Shown piece by piece: positions 23,855 to 35,370 of a stretch of 64,000 nt of DNA (the stretch's first letter is position 1; the number at the start of each line of letters is the position of its first letter). The DNA lies in assembly GCA_028826165.1 (NCBI GenBank), contig JAPDFW010000147.1, positions 248,001 to 312,000 on the forward strand, read 5' to 3'. The DNA comes from Anaeramoeba ignava BMAN. Its lineage: Eukaryota > Protista > Anaeramoebae. Below the pieces are notes generated by a model. It was given only the letters and a program-made list of their open reading frames with translations. It was not told where the DNA came from and made no database searches. A program made the translations under genes and the position numbers.

Positions 23855-26800
23855 ATGAATTCTAATCAAATTAAATACCAAAAATTCTTGGAATCAATTA
23901 ATTCTCTTGATCAAATTGAACAAAATTTATTTGTTAAATTTCCAATTTTTCAAAATGTTAAAGAACAAATGAAAATTCTTGAAAAACATCAAAAAGAAAA
24001 AGAAAAAAGAAAAATGTTAATTAAAAAATATGAAGCAGAAATTAATGAGAAAAAGCAAGAGATACAAGAATTACAAGGTTTAATTAATTTTATAAATGAA
24101 TTTTATTTTAATTTTAATTTCAAAATGAATTTTAATTTTAATTTTAATTTAAATTTGATTTTAATTTTCAATTTTAATTTCAATTTTAATTTTAATTTTA
24201 ATTTTAATTTCAATTTTAATATTAATTTTAATTTTAATTTTAATATGAATTTTAATTTTAATTTTAATTTTAATTTTAATTTTAATTTTAATTTTAATTT
24301 TAATTTTAATTTTAATTTTAATTTTAATTTTAATTTTAATTTTAATTTTAATTTTAATTTTAATTTTAATTTTAATTTTAATTTTAATTTTAATTTTAAT
24401 TTTAATTTTAATTTTTTTAATTTTAATATTAATTTTAATTTTAATTTTAATATTTTTTAATTTCAAATTTTAAATTTAATTTCAAAATTTTTAATTTTAA
24501 TTTCAAAAATGAATTTTAAAATTAAATTTAATTTTAATTTCAATTTCAAAATGAATTTTAATTTTAATTTAATTTCAATTTTAATTATTTTAATTTTTAA
24601 TTTTAATTTTAATTTTAATTTTAATTTTAATTTTAATTTTAATTTTAATTTTAATTTTAATTTTAATTTTAATATTAATTTTAATTTCAATTTTAATTTT
24701 AATTTCAAAATGAATTTTAATTTTAATTTCAATTTTAATTTTAATTTTAATTTTAATTTTAATTTTAATTTTAATTTTAATTTTAAATTTAATTTCAAAA
24801 TGAATTTTAATTTTAATTTTAATTTTAATTTTAATTTTAATTTTAATTTCAAAATGAATTTTAATTTTTATTTCAATTTTAATTTCAAAATGAATTTTAA
24901 AATGAATTTTAATTTTTATATTAATTTTAATTTCAAAATGAATTTTTTTTATTCTAAAGATAAATATAATGATTCCGTATTAAATTCTCAATCAATATCT
25001 CAAAAATATTCTTCCCTTTTATCATCAGTCCTCCTAAAAGATAATGAATTACAAAAACTTAAATTCCAAAAAGAAAATATTCAAAATGAATTGGAAGATA
25101 CAAAAAATCATGCTAATTTTCTCCAAAACAAATTTAACCAAAAATCAGAAGAAATTCAAGATTTAATAAAGAATCAAAAAGAAAAAGAACAAAATCATCA
25201 AGAACAATTAATAAAAAACAAAGAACAAATTTTCGAACTTCAACAAAAAGTTAAAGAATTGGATCAAAATTTTTCCAAAATGAAAAACAAATATGAAGAA
25301 TCTCTTAAAAATATTGAAAAATTAAAAAAAGAAAAGGAATCATTTTATGAAAAGGAAAAAATGTTCAATGAAAAATTACTTCATTTAAACAATAACAATA
25401 ATAATAGTAATAATGAAAATAATAATGATATTGATATTGAAATTGATATTGAATCTAAAAAGGAAATTCCTGATTTGTTTGTCGAAAATCAATATTTGGA
25501 TGAATTTCAATTGGAATCAGAATATAACAAGAATTTACAAGATTTTATTAAACTGAAAAAATACCAAGAAGAATTGGAAAAATTGAATCAACCTCCTCAA
25601 GACTTATCACAAAATCAAAATGATTCTGATCATTTTTTACTCCAATTAAATGAAGACCAAGAATTTAGTCTTGACGAATTATACAAAAAATATAACCATT
25701 TAGTCGATTTATTTCAAAACGAAAAACTAAAAAATCACCAACTAAATCAAATTTTCAATCGAATTCTTTCCATTTTACACACAAAAGAAAAACTTGATGA
25801 GTATACTAACATCAAAATTGTTGGTTTGCATTCCAAATTAAAAGAATATGAGTCCGAAATTCGAGACTTGAAAATTAACGAAACAAAACTTCAAAAACTC
25901 AATTTTGAATTGGAAGAAAAACTCTCAAATTTAAATCAAAAAAAGAAGGAAATGGAACAAACAATGAATAGAACAAATATCCATTTTTTAAAAAGAACAA
26001 TCAAACACAAAATCAACACTCAACATTCTCTTGATATGAATAGAAAATTCGAGCAAATGAAAGAAGATTTACAAGCAAAAAATAAAGAAATCCAAGACGT
26101 TCAATTGCAACAAAACGAATCAAATTTTCAAATATCTGAATTGGAAGCCAAAAATTCACAATTAAATTCGGTTATTTTTTCTTTGGAAAATGAAAAAGAA
26201 CAACTTAAATTATTGAACAATAACATCCAACTTGAGTATGATTTGGCTCAAAAAAAGTTACAAAAAATTCGGCAAGAAAATTCAAATTTAATGGATGAAT
26301 GTGTTGTTTTACAGAAAGCAATTATTGGTTATAATTTGGAAAAAGATAGTTTTGAAAATCAAGATAAAGCTCTTCAAGAATTAACAACTCAAAAATTGAA
26401 TAAAAAGGAACAAGAGCTTTTATCTTTAAGAACTATGCTTGTTAGAGAAAAGATGATCACAACTAGTTTGATGCAAGAAGTTGGGAAATTTGATTCAAAA
26501 AAAAAGAATTTGAATGAGAAGAAAGAAGTAGTTATTTCACTTTTTGGAAACAATCAAAAAGAAAATGAAAAAGAAAATCAAATTGAAAATGAAAAAGAAA
26601 ATCAAATTGAAAATGAAAAAGAAATTGAAAATCAAAATGAAAATCAAAATGAAAATCAAATTGAAATTGAAAATCAAAATCAAAATCAAATTGAAAATCA
26701 AATTGAAAATGAAAATCAAATACTTAAAGATTCACTTTTTCAGTTAATTGTTGAAAAAAAAGATATTCTTGAAAATTTAACTGAAAAACAACAAAAATTA

Positions 26801-27709
26801 ATTTCTATTACTCAAGAAAATGAAAAATTTAAATTAAAAATTCAACAATTAAATCAATCTTTATCTCAAAAACAAGATCTTTTAAATGAAAAAGAATTAA
26901 ATTTATCAAATCAATTAAATCAAATTCAAAAAACAAATGAATCAATTCAAAAATTTCTTAATTATTTATCAATTATTTTACAAGAAAACAAACAAGAAAC
27001 TTATATAAAAGAGTTTTCATCTAAAGGAATTATTTCAAATTTTCCACAAATTGAAAATATAATTTCACAAATTGAAAGATTTAAAAAAGAATTTAAAGAA
27101 GAATTTAAAGAAGAATTTAAAGAAGAATTTAAAAAAAAAGAAGAAGAATATAAATCTCGTTTATTAAAAGCTTGTGAAATTTTAGAACAAATTAAAAATA
27201 ATCAAAAAGAAAGAAAACATTCAATTCAAAATTTAAATCAAAATTTAAATCAAAATTTAAATCAAAATTTAAATCAAAATTTAAATCAAAATTTAAATCA
27301 AAATTTAAATCAAAATTTAAATCAAAATTCAAATCAAAATTTAAATCAAAATTCAATTCAAAATTTAAATCAAAATTTAAATCAAAATTTAAATCAAAAT
27401 TTAAATCAAAATTCAATCCAACATTCAATTCAAAATTTAAATCAAAATTTAAATCAAAATTTAAATCAACATTTAAATCAAAATCTAAATCAAAATTCAA
27501 ATCAAAATTCAAATCAAAATTCAATTCAAAATTTAAATCAAAATTTAAATCAAAATTTAAATCAAAATTTAAATCAAAATTCAATTCAAAATTTAAATCA
27601 AAATTTAATTCAAAATTTAAATCAAAATTCAATTCAAAATCAATTTATTCCTTTTAAAATTGATCAATTAAATCAATTTGAATTAAAAAGATTAAAAAAT
27701 AGAAAATAA
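23855..27709 (+). CDS. Long coiled-coil protein of unknown function; exons 23855-24077 and 24960-27709
   Basis: E/K/Q/L heptad-rich sequence. Intron 24078-24959 (gtttaa...aag) is filled with (aatttt)n and joins QELQ/DKYND. C-terminal NQNL repeats. Confidence 0.75.
24078..24945. repeat. Intronic (aatttt)n microsatellite
   Basis: Directly visible. Confidence 0.9.
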
Positions 27710-27813
27710 AATTAAAATTAAAAAATTAAATTGTTTTTGTTTTTTTATTTTAAAAATTTCAAATTAAAAGAAAAAATAAATTTGAATTTGAATTTGAAAT
27801 TGAATTGTTTTAT

Positions 27814-28281
27814 TTATTTAACTGCATTTGAATATCTTGTAACAGCTTTTGTTCCTTCTGAAACTGCATGTCTTGCTAATTCACCAGGTAATAATAATCT
27901 AGCAGCACCTTGAATATCTCTACTTGTAATTGTTCCTTTTCCTCCTAATCTTGATAATTCAGCTGCTTCTAATGCAAATCTATCAAAACAATCACTAACA
28001 AATGAATTCATAATAATCATTGCTTTATTTGAAATTCCAACATCTGGATGAACTTGTTTTAATACTCTATAAATATATGATGAATATGTTTCAACTCTTT
28101 TTTTTTGTTGTTTTGTTTCTTCTTCTCCTTCTTTCTTTTCTTTTTTTGGTTTTCCTTTTCCTTTTGCTTTTGTTGTTCTTCTTCCTTTTCCTTTTCCTTT
28201 TCCTTTTTTTGTTGTTTCTTTTGGTTGTTCTTTTTCTGAATCAGTTGTAATTTTTTCTTCTTTTTTTTCTGTTTCTGACAT
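27814..28281 (-). CDS. H2B: Histone H2B (divergent, extended charged N-terminal tail)
   Basis: [25 protein letters not shown]...TITSRDIQ...[20 protein letters not shown] histone fold. Confidence 0.97.
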   Translation of the reverse strand: MSETEKKEEKITTDSEKEQPKETTKKGKGKGKGRRTTKAKGKGKPKKEKKEGEEETKQQKKRVETYSSYIYRVLKQVHPDVGISNKAMIIMNSFVSDCFDRFALEAAELSRLGGKGTITSRDIQGAARLLLPGELARHAVSEGTKAVTRYSNAVK

Positions 28282-28366
28282 AATTAATTTAATTAATTAA
28301 AAATAAAAAATAAAAAATGAAAAAAAAAAATAAAAAAAATATTTTTTATTTAAATAAAATTAATCA

Positions 28367-28417
28367 AATATTATCCAATAATTTTTGATTTTTTCTCAAA
28401 ATTTATTGGATAATATT
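28367..28417. promoter_or_regulatory. Inverted repeat (22-bp arms, 21/22 match, 7-nt loop) carrying a CCAAT box in each orientation, upstream of H2B
   Basis: aatattatCCAATaatttttga-N7-tcaaaattt ATTGGataatatt, about 85 bp upstream of the H2B ATG. Confidence 0.7.
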
Positions 28418-28439
28418 GTTTCGAAAATTTTTAAAAGAA

Positions 28440-29010
28440 ATATTTTAATTAATAAATATCTAAATCTCAAACATTAAATTAATATTTTAATAATAAAAAT
28501 ATTAATAAAATTATATTTTGAAATGAATTATAAATAAATAATAAATAATTTATTAATTAAATATTGAAATAAATTTATTAAAATATTTTAATTAATAAAT
28601 ATCTAAAAATTAAATATTAAAATAAATAATAAATTAATTTGAAAACATTAATAAAATTATATTTTAAAACAAATTATAAATAAATATTAAATAATTTATT
28701 AATTAATTAATGAAATAAATTTATTAAAAATATTTTAATTAATAAATATCTATAAAATTAAAAAATAACATTAAATAAATTAATTTGGAAATGTTAATAA
28801 AATTATATTTTAAAACAAATTATAAATAAATAATAAATAATTTATTAATTAAATAATGAAATAAATTTATTAAAATATTTTTTAATTAATAAATATCTAA
28901 ATCTCAAACATTAAATTAATATTTTAATAATGAAAATATTAATAAAAATTATATTTTGAAATAAATTATAAATAAATATTAAATAATTTATTAATTAAAT
29001 ATTGAAGTAA
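28440..29010. repeat. Satellite of about 146 bp, 4 copies, diverged relative of the 145-bp family
   Basis: Anchor aataaatatc at 28451, 28594, 28741 and 28888. Shares taaatct(c/a)aaacattaaattaatattttaataat with the 5405-6975 array. Confidence 0.85.
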
Positions 29011-29029
29011 AAATTGAAAGAAAATTGAA

Positions 29030-29690
29030 ATATTTTAATAAATATAAATATTTAATTTTAATAATAATTAATAATAATTTAATTTAAATTTATTTTATTT
29101 TAATTTGATATAATATTTTTATTTATTATATTAATATTTTTGATTATTTATTATTCCAATTTTTAATTATAATAAAATATATTAAAAAAGTGGAATAAAT
29201 ATTTTAATTAATAAATATTTAATTTTAATAATATTTAATAATAATTTAATTTAGATTTATTTTATTTTTAATTTGAAATAATATTTTTGTTTATTATATT
29301 AATATTTTTAATTATTTATTATTCCAATTTTAATTATAATAAAATATATTAAAAAGGGAACAAATATTTTAATAAAAGATAAATATTTAATTTTAATAAT
29401 ATTTAATAATAATTTAATTTGAATTTATTTTTATTTTAATTTAATATAATATTTTTATTTATTATATTAATATTTTTGATTATTTATTATTTCAATTTTA
29501 ATTATAATAAAATATATTAAAAAGTGGAATAAATATTTTAATAAAAATAAATATTTAATTTTAATAATATTTAATAATAATTTAATTTAAATTTATTTTA
29601 TTTTTAATTTTAAATAATATTTTCATTTATTATATTAATATTTTTAATTATTTATTATTCCAATTTTAATTATAATAAAAATATATTAAA
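29030..29690. repeat. Satellite of about 168 bp, 4 copies
   Basis: Anchor ttatt(c/t)caatttt at about 29151, 29319, 29487 and 29655. Confidence 0.88.
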
Positions 29691-30165
29691 AATAAAATTA
29701 AAAAATTAAAAAATTTTAAATAAATTGAATTTAACATGATTGAATAAGATAAACTTTCTAAAAAAATAATTTACTAATTATTCTATTTTTGATTTTGATT
29801 ATAATTTATTAATATTTAAATATTAATTAATAATAAATTTTATTTGATTTTTTTTATTTTAATATTTTAATTAATGAATTTAAATTTAATTATTATTAAT
29901 TTCTATTTTCAATTTTTATTTTTATTTATTATATTAAAAATATTCAATTTTTTAAAATTTATTATTTTTTTTTTTGGATTATTTTTTATTAATTAAATTT
30001 TTAATAAATATTTTAAATTAAAATTAAATTATTTAAAATTAAATTTGTTTCTTATTTATTATTTTAAAGAAATTAATTTGATTAAAAGTAAATTAAAATT
30101 GAATTAAATTTTGAAAAAAAAAAATTAAAAAAAAAAAGTTTGATTTTCTTATTATTAATTAATTT

Positions 30166-31829
30166 TTAAATGAAATAAGATTCAAGTTCATCAACAACCC
30201 ATTTATTCCAAGAACCAGCTAAATAACTTTTAGCTTCATTTGTATCATAAGTAATTCCATTAGGTGGATTATAACTCCAACCAAAATTTGAATAACCAGG
30301 TTGTAAGTTAGAATATAAACAAAAATCACCACCAAAATATGGACCATTACTTAAATTAGACCAAATTGCATATCGATCTTGTTTAATTGTAAACTTTGCA
30401 GGTATTCTATCTCCTTTATCATTTCTTAATGAAAAAATAAATGCATTTGAATCATTAATTTCTCCTGAATCTCCATTAAATCCAACTTGAGTAAAACCTC
30501 CAAAAATAAAATTTTGTTTTGTTTTGATAATAACTAATGTTTTTCCTTTGTTATCAACTGATTTATGCCAATTTTGACAATTAAATCCATCTCTTTTTGC
30601 TGAAAATCCTTTTTTCATTTTAGAAAAAAAATCATTATCATTTATCCATTCTTGTAATTTCTTAACATATTCAATATCTTGAACAATTTCTGAATCTGAA
30701 AATACTTTTCCGAATACAATCAAGTCAAAATTCAATTCAAAATTCTCTTTTCAAATCCTTTTTCACTTTCAAATCCTCAACTTCTTTCTTCCATTTCTCT
30801 TCAATTTCAATTTTCATTTGTTGATTTTCTTTTTCTTTGTTTTCAATTTCTTTGTTTTTATCTTCAATTTCAATTTTCATTTGTTGATTTTCTTTCTTCC
30901 ATTTCTCTTCAATTTCTTTGTTTTTCTCTTCAATTTCCTTCTCTTTGTTTTCAATTTCTTTTTGATTATCTTGAATAACTTTGTTTTGAATATCAACTAA
31001 AAAAGATTTAGGAAAAAAATCAAATTGTTTTAATTTATCAAAATCTTGTTTTGAAATTGAATCTTTATCAAATAATGAAAAAAAAGAATGAAATAATCTT
31101 TTCTTTTCAATTCCTTTTTCTTTTTCTTTTTCTTTTTCTTTTTCTTTTTTTCCTTTTAATCTTTTATTTCTTTTTTCAATCCAATTATTTAAAAATTGAA
31201 AAAAATCAAATTGAAAAATTTCTTTTTTTTCTTGTTTAAATTGAATAAATTTGATAATTTCTTCTTTAGTTAAATTGAATAAATTCTCATTATTTTGAAT
31301 TTGGGAAAAATTTTGATTTATTAATTCAAAACATTTTATTTCAATTTCATTTGAATTTAAATTTCGATTTTGGAATAAAAATTGGAAAAAATTTGAATAA
31401 TTAATTGAATTTGAAATTTTTTTTTGAATAATTTCTTTCAATAAATTTAATTTAAAATAAATTGAAATTTCTAATAATTGAATAAGATTTTCTTGATTCT
31501 CAAAAGAAATATTTCCATAATAAATATAACTCAAAATTGATTCCATTTCTTTTTATTAAATTGATTTAAAGAAATAGAAAGAGATTCTTGCCTTAATGAT
31601 TCATTAAAAAGGAGATCTTGAAGATAAAATTGATTTATGAACTTTAATTTCAAAAAGGATTTGATTTATTCTCAACAAAAATTGAAAAATCTTTAAATGA
31701 ATTTCCATTTAAAAGGTTTGAATAATCTTTAATTAAATTTTTTGTTACTTTTTTTTCTAAATTTTTCATTTCATTTTCATTTTCATTTTCATTTGCATTT
31801 TCAATTTGGTTATTATTATTGTTATCCAT
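30166..31829 (-). CDS. BTB/POZ - coiled coil - TLDc protein, copy 2 (frameshifts near 31655, 31608, 31552 and 30740)
   Basis: Near-identical 5' part to 3248-4998; TLDc ORF 30166-30735 and middle ORF 30737-31546. ATG at 31829. Confidence 0.85.
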
Positions 31830-32249
31830 TTTGTTTTTGTTGTTTTTGTTTTTTGTTTTTTGTTTTAAAAAAAAAGGAAAAAAATGAAAAAAAAAATTTA
31901 AAAAAAAAATAAATAAAAAGTGGATTTTGAAAATAAATAAAAATATAAAAATGAGAATAAATTTAAATTAATAATTAATTTAATTTTCTTTTTAATTTAT
32001 TATTTTAAATTAATTTATTAATAAAATTAATTATTTTTTATTTTTATTTATTAAAAATTATTATTATTTTTAATTTAATTTTTTTTTATTTAAAAAGGAA
32101 AATTATTTTAAAACAAATTTAATTAATTTTAATTTAATTTTTCAAAAATTTAAAAAATTTAAAAATAAATTTCAAAAATTTTAAAAAAAAAATTTTCAAA
32201 TTAATATTTAAAATAAAATTTAATTCAAAAATTTCAAAATCAATTTTCA

Positions 32250-33690
32250 AAATATTTTTAAATAATAAAATATTTAAATCTAAAACAATAAATTATTATT
32301 AAATTATATTTTTAATTCTTATTTTTATATTTTTATATATTTAAAAAAAATATTTAAATAAAATATTTAAAATTTTAATAATAAAATTAAATATTAAATT
32401 ATATTTTAAATTATTTTTAAATTAAATTTAAATTAAATATTAATTTTTTTAAATATTTAAATATTTAAATAATAAAATATTTAAATCTAAAACATTAAAT
32501 TATTACTTTAATAATAAAATTAAATATTAAATTATATTTTTAAAATTATTTTATAAATTAAATATTAAATCAAATCTATTCTTATTTTTATATTTTATAT
32601 GTTAAATATTTAAATAATAAAATATTTAAATTTAAAACAATAAATTATTATTTAATAATAAAATTAAATATTAAATTATATTTTTAAATTAATTTAATAA
32701 TAAAATTAAATATTAAATTAAATCTATTTCTAAAATTTTTATATTTTATATTTTTAAATATTTAAATATTTTAAAAATAAAATATTTAAATCTAAAACAT
32801 TAAATTATTATTTTAATAATAAAATTAAATATTAAATTATATTTTTAAGTTAATTTATAAATTAAATATTAAATTAAATCTATTCTTATTTTTATATTTA
32901 TATGTTAAATATTTAATAATAAAATATTTAAATCTAAAACAATAAATTATTATTTTTAAACATAAAATTAAATATTAAATTATATTTTTAAATTAATTTA
33001 TAAATTAAATATTAAATCAAACCTATTTCCATTTTTATATTTTTTATATTTAAATATTAAAATATTTAAATAATAAAACATTTTAATCTAAAAAAAAAAA
33101 TTAAATTATATTTTTAAATTTAATATAAAATTAAATATTAAATCAAATCTATTCTTATTTTTATATTTTAAATAATAAAATATTTAAATATAAAACATTA
33201 AATTATTATTTTAATAAAATTAAATATTAAATTATATTTTAAATTAATTTATAAATTAAATATTAAATTAAATCTATTCTCATTTTTTTATATTTATATG
33301 TTAAATTTTAAATAATAAAATATTTAAATCTAAAACATTAAATTATTATTTTAATAATAAAATTAAATATTAAATTATATTTTTAAATTATTTTATAAAT
33401 TAAATATTAAATTAAATCTATTCTTATTTTTTATATTTATATGTTAAATATTTAAATAATAAAATATTTAAATCTAAAACAATAAATTATTATTTTAATA
33501 ATAAAATTAAATATTAAATTATATTTTTAAATTGATTTATAAATTAAATATTAAATTAAATCTATTCTCATTTTTTATATTTATATGTTAAATATTTAAA
33601 TAATAAAATATTTAAATCTAAAACATTAAATTATTATTTTAATAATAAAATTAAACTTTAAATTATATTTTTAAATTAATTTATAAATTG
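32250..33690. repeat. Second array of the 145-bp satellite (about 9-10 copies; left copies degenerate)
   Basis: Same unit as 5405-6975 (aaatctaaaacattaaattattattttaataataaaattaaatattaaattatatttttaaatt...tctattcttatttttatatttatatgttaaatatt). Confidence 0.92.
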
Positions 33691-33771
33691 TTTAAAATTG
33701 AATTTGTTTCTGGTTTATTAATTTGATTGAAATTAAAATAAAATTGAATTTCCTTTTTTGATAAATTTTTT

Positions 33772-35277
33772 TTAAATGAAATAAGTCTCAACTTCATCAA
33801 CAATCCAATCACCTTTAGAACCAGCTAAATAACTATGAGCCTCATTTGTTCCTTCTTTAATTCCATTAGGTAGATTATAAGTATTACCAAAATTTGACCA
33901 ACCAGGTTGATGAAAATCAGAATATAAACAAAAATCTGGTGAATCATCTCCATATCCAAAAAATTGACCACATCCAAAATACGGACCATAATTTAAATTA
34001 GAAAAAATTGAAAACAGTTTCTGACTTTGTTTAATTGGAAATTTCTCGAGTTTCCTGTTATTCTTATCATTTCTTAATGAAAAAATAAATGCATCAGGAT
34101 CATTTTGTCTTCCATATTGATAATTATTAAATTGATAATTTCTACTCCATTTTGATCGATCTTTTGGGAAAAATCCAACTTGAGTAAATCCTCCAAAAAC
34201 ATAATTATCTTTTGTTTTGATAATAACTAATGTTTTTCCTTTCCCATCAACTGCTAAATGCCAAGTATTAGAATTAAATCCATCTCTTTTGGCTGAAAAT
34301 CCTTTTTGGATATTGAAAAAGAATTCATCATCGTTTATCCATTCTCTTAATTTTCCAATATGCTCCTTTTCTTTAATAATTTCTGAATCAAATCTCCATC
34401 TTGATTTGAAAATGAACGAATTTGGATTTAGATTTTCGTTTTCAATGTATTGTTTCTGTTTTTCTTTTTGATTTTGGAGTTTTCGGAAATAAATTAATTT
34501 TTGGGAAATTTCATTTGGAATTAAATCCTCTTTCAAAGTATCTTTAAGTTCTTGTTTTGAGAAATCAATAAATCTGATTTTATCAACAATATTTCCAAGT
34601 TGAATTTGTAATTGCTCCTTTTCTTTTTTCTTTAATCTCTTCTTTTCTTTTTCTTGAATAAAATTTGATTTGTATTTTCCCCATTTTATTATTGATTGAA
34701 AAAGTTCGAATTCATTTATTGAAATTTCACCATTTGATAAAATTGAATTTAAATGATTTTCTTCAAGTGCAAGAAAAAAAGGAGTTTTAATAAATTCTTT
34801 CAAATTTTCTGAAATAAATTGATAAGAAGAATCCAATAATTGACCGAAGTTCATTGATTCAGATAATTTAAGAATATCAACAACAGTTTCAAATTGTAAA
34901 TTACTTTTGATAAAATTTGAACAAATTTCAATTAATTCATCAATCAAATATTTTGAAGAAAAAAATAAAATTTGGATTGCATTTTCTAAATTAATTTCAA
35001 TCTTTCCTGAATAAAAATAATTCAAAATTGAATATAGAATTGGAGTTGAAACATCTTGTAAAACCATTTTATTTTCTTGATATTCCTTCATTTTGGATTT
35101 GAAAAGGGATTTAAAATAATGACTTCTTGAAGAAAGAATTGATTTATGAGTTTTAAATGAAATTTGGTTTTGTTCACAAATTATTTCAAAATCAAAATAA
35201 CTTTCTTCTTGATTTTGATTTTGAAATAAATTTTTTAAATCATTTGAAAGTTTTTTTAAATTTGAATAAGTTTCCAT
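33772..35277 (-). CDS. BTB-BACK-TLDc protein (intact)
   Basis: FKTHKSILSSRSHYFKSLF...ILNYFYSGKI (BTB), NEFELFQSIIKW...IRF (BACK), RDGFNSNTWH...FGGFT...AFIFSL...VETYFI (TLDc). Confidence 0.92.
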   Translation of the reverse strand: METYSNLKKLSNDLKNLFQNQNQEESYFDFEIICEQNQISFKTHKSILSSRSHYFKSLFKSKMKEYQENKMVLQDVSTPILYSILNYFYSGKIEINLENAIQILFFSSKYLIDELIEICSNFIKSNLQFETVVDILKLSESMNFGQLLDSSYQFISENLKEFIKTPFFLALEENHLNSILSNGEISINEFELFQSIIKWGKYKSNFIQEKEKKRLKKKEKEQLQIQLGNIVDKIRFIDFSKQELKDTLKEDLIPNEISQKLIYFRKLQNQKEKQKQYIENENLNPNSFIFKSRWRFDSEIIKEKEHIGKLREWINDDEFFFNIQKGFSAKRDGFNSNTWHLAVDGKGKTLVIIKTKDNYVFGGFTQVGFFPKDRSKWSRNYQFNNYQYGRQNDPDAFIFSLRNDKNNRKLEKFPIKQSQKLFSIFSNLNYGPYFGCGQFFGYGDDSPDFCLYSDFHQPGWSNFGNTYNLPNGIKEGTNEAHSYLAGSKGDWIVDEVETYFI

Positions 35278-35370
35278 TTTTGAAATAAATAATTTCGAAA
35301 AAGCAAAAAAATGAAAATTAAAATTTTTGCTTTTTTTTTATTTAATTAAATTTTTTCTTCTTTTTCTTCT

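Noticed and set aside
24509-24959. N-terminal FNFNFN extension of the 1066-aa ORF
   Set aside because: It lies within a GT-AG intron (24078-24959); the real start is most likely 23855.
27710-27813. Histone 3' stem-loop downstream of H2B
   Set aside because: No GGYYYTTYHRRRGCC-like hairpin; only AT-rich sequence.
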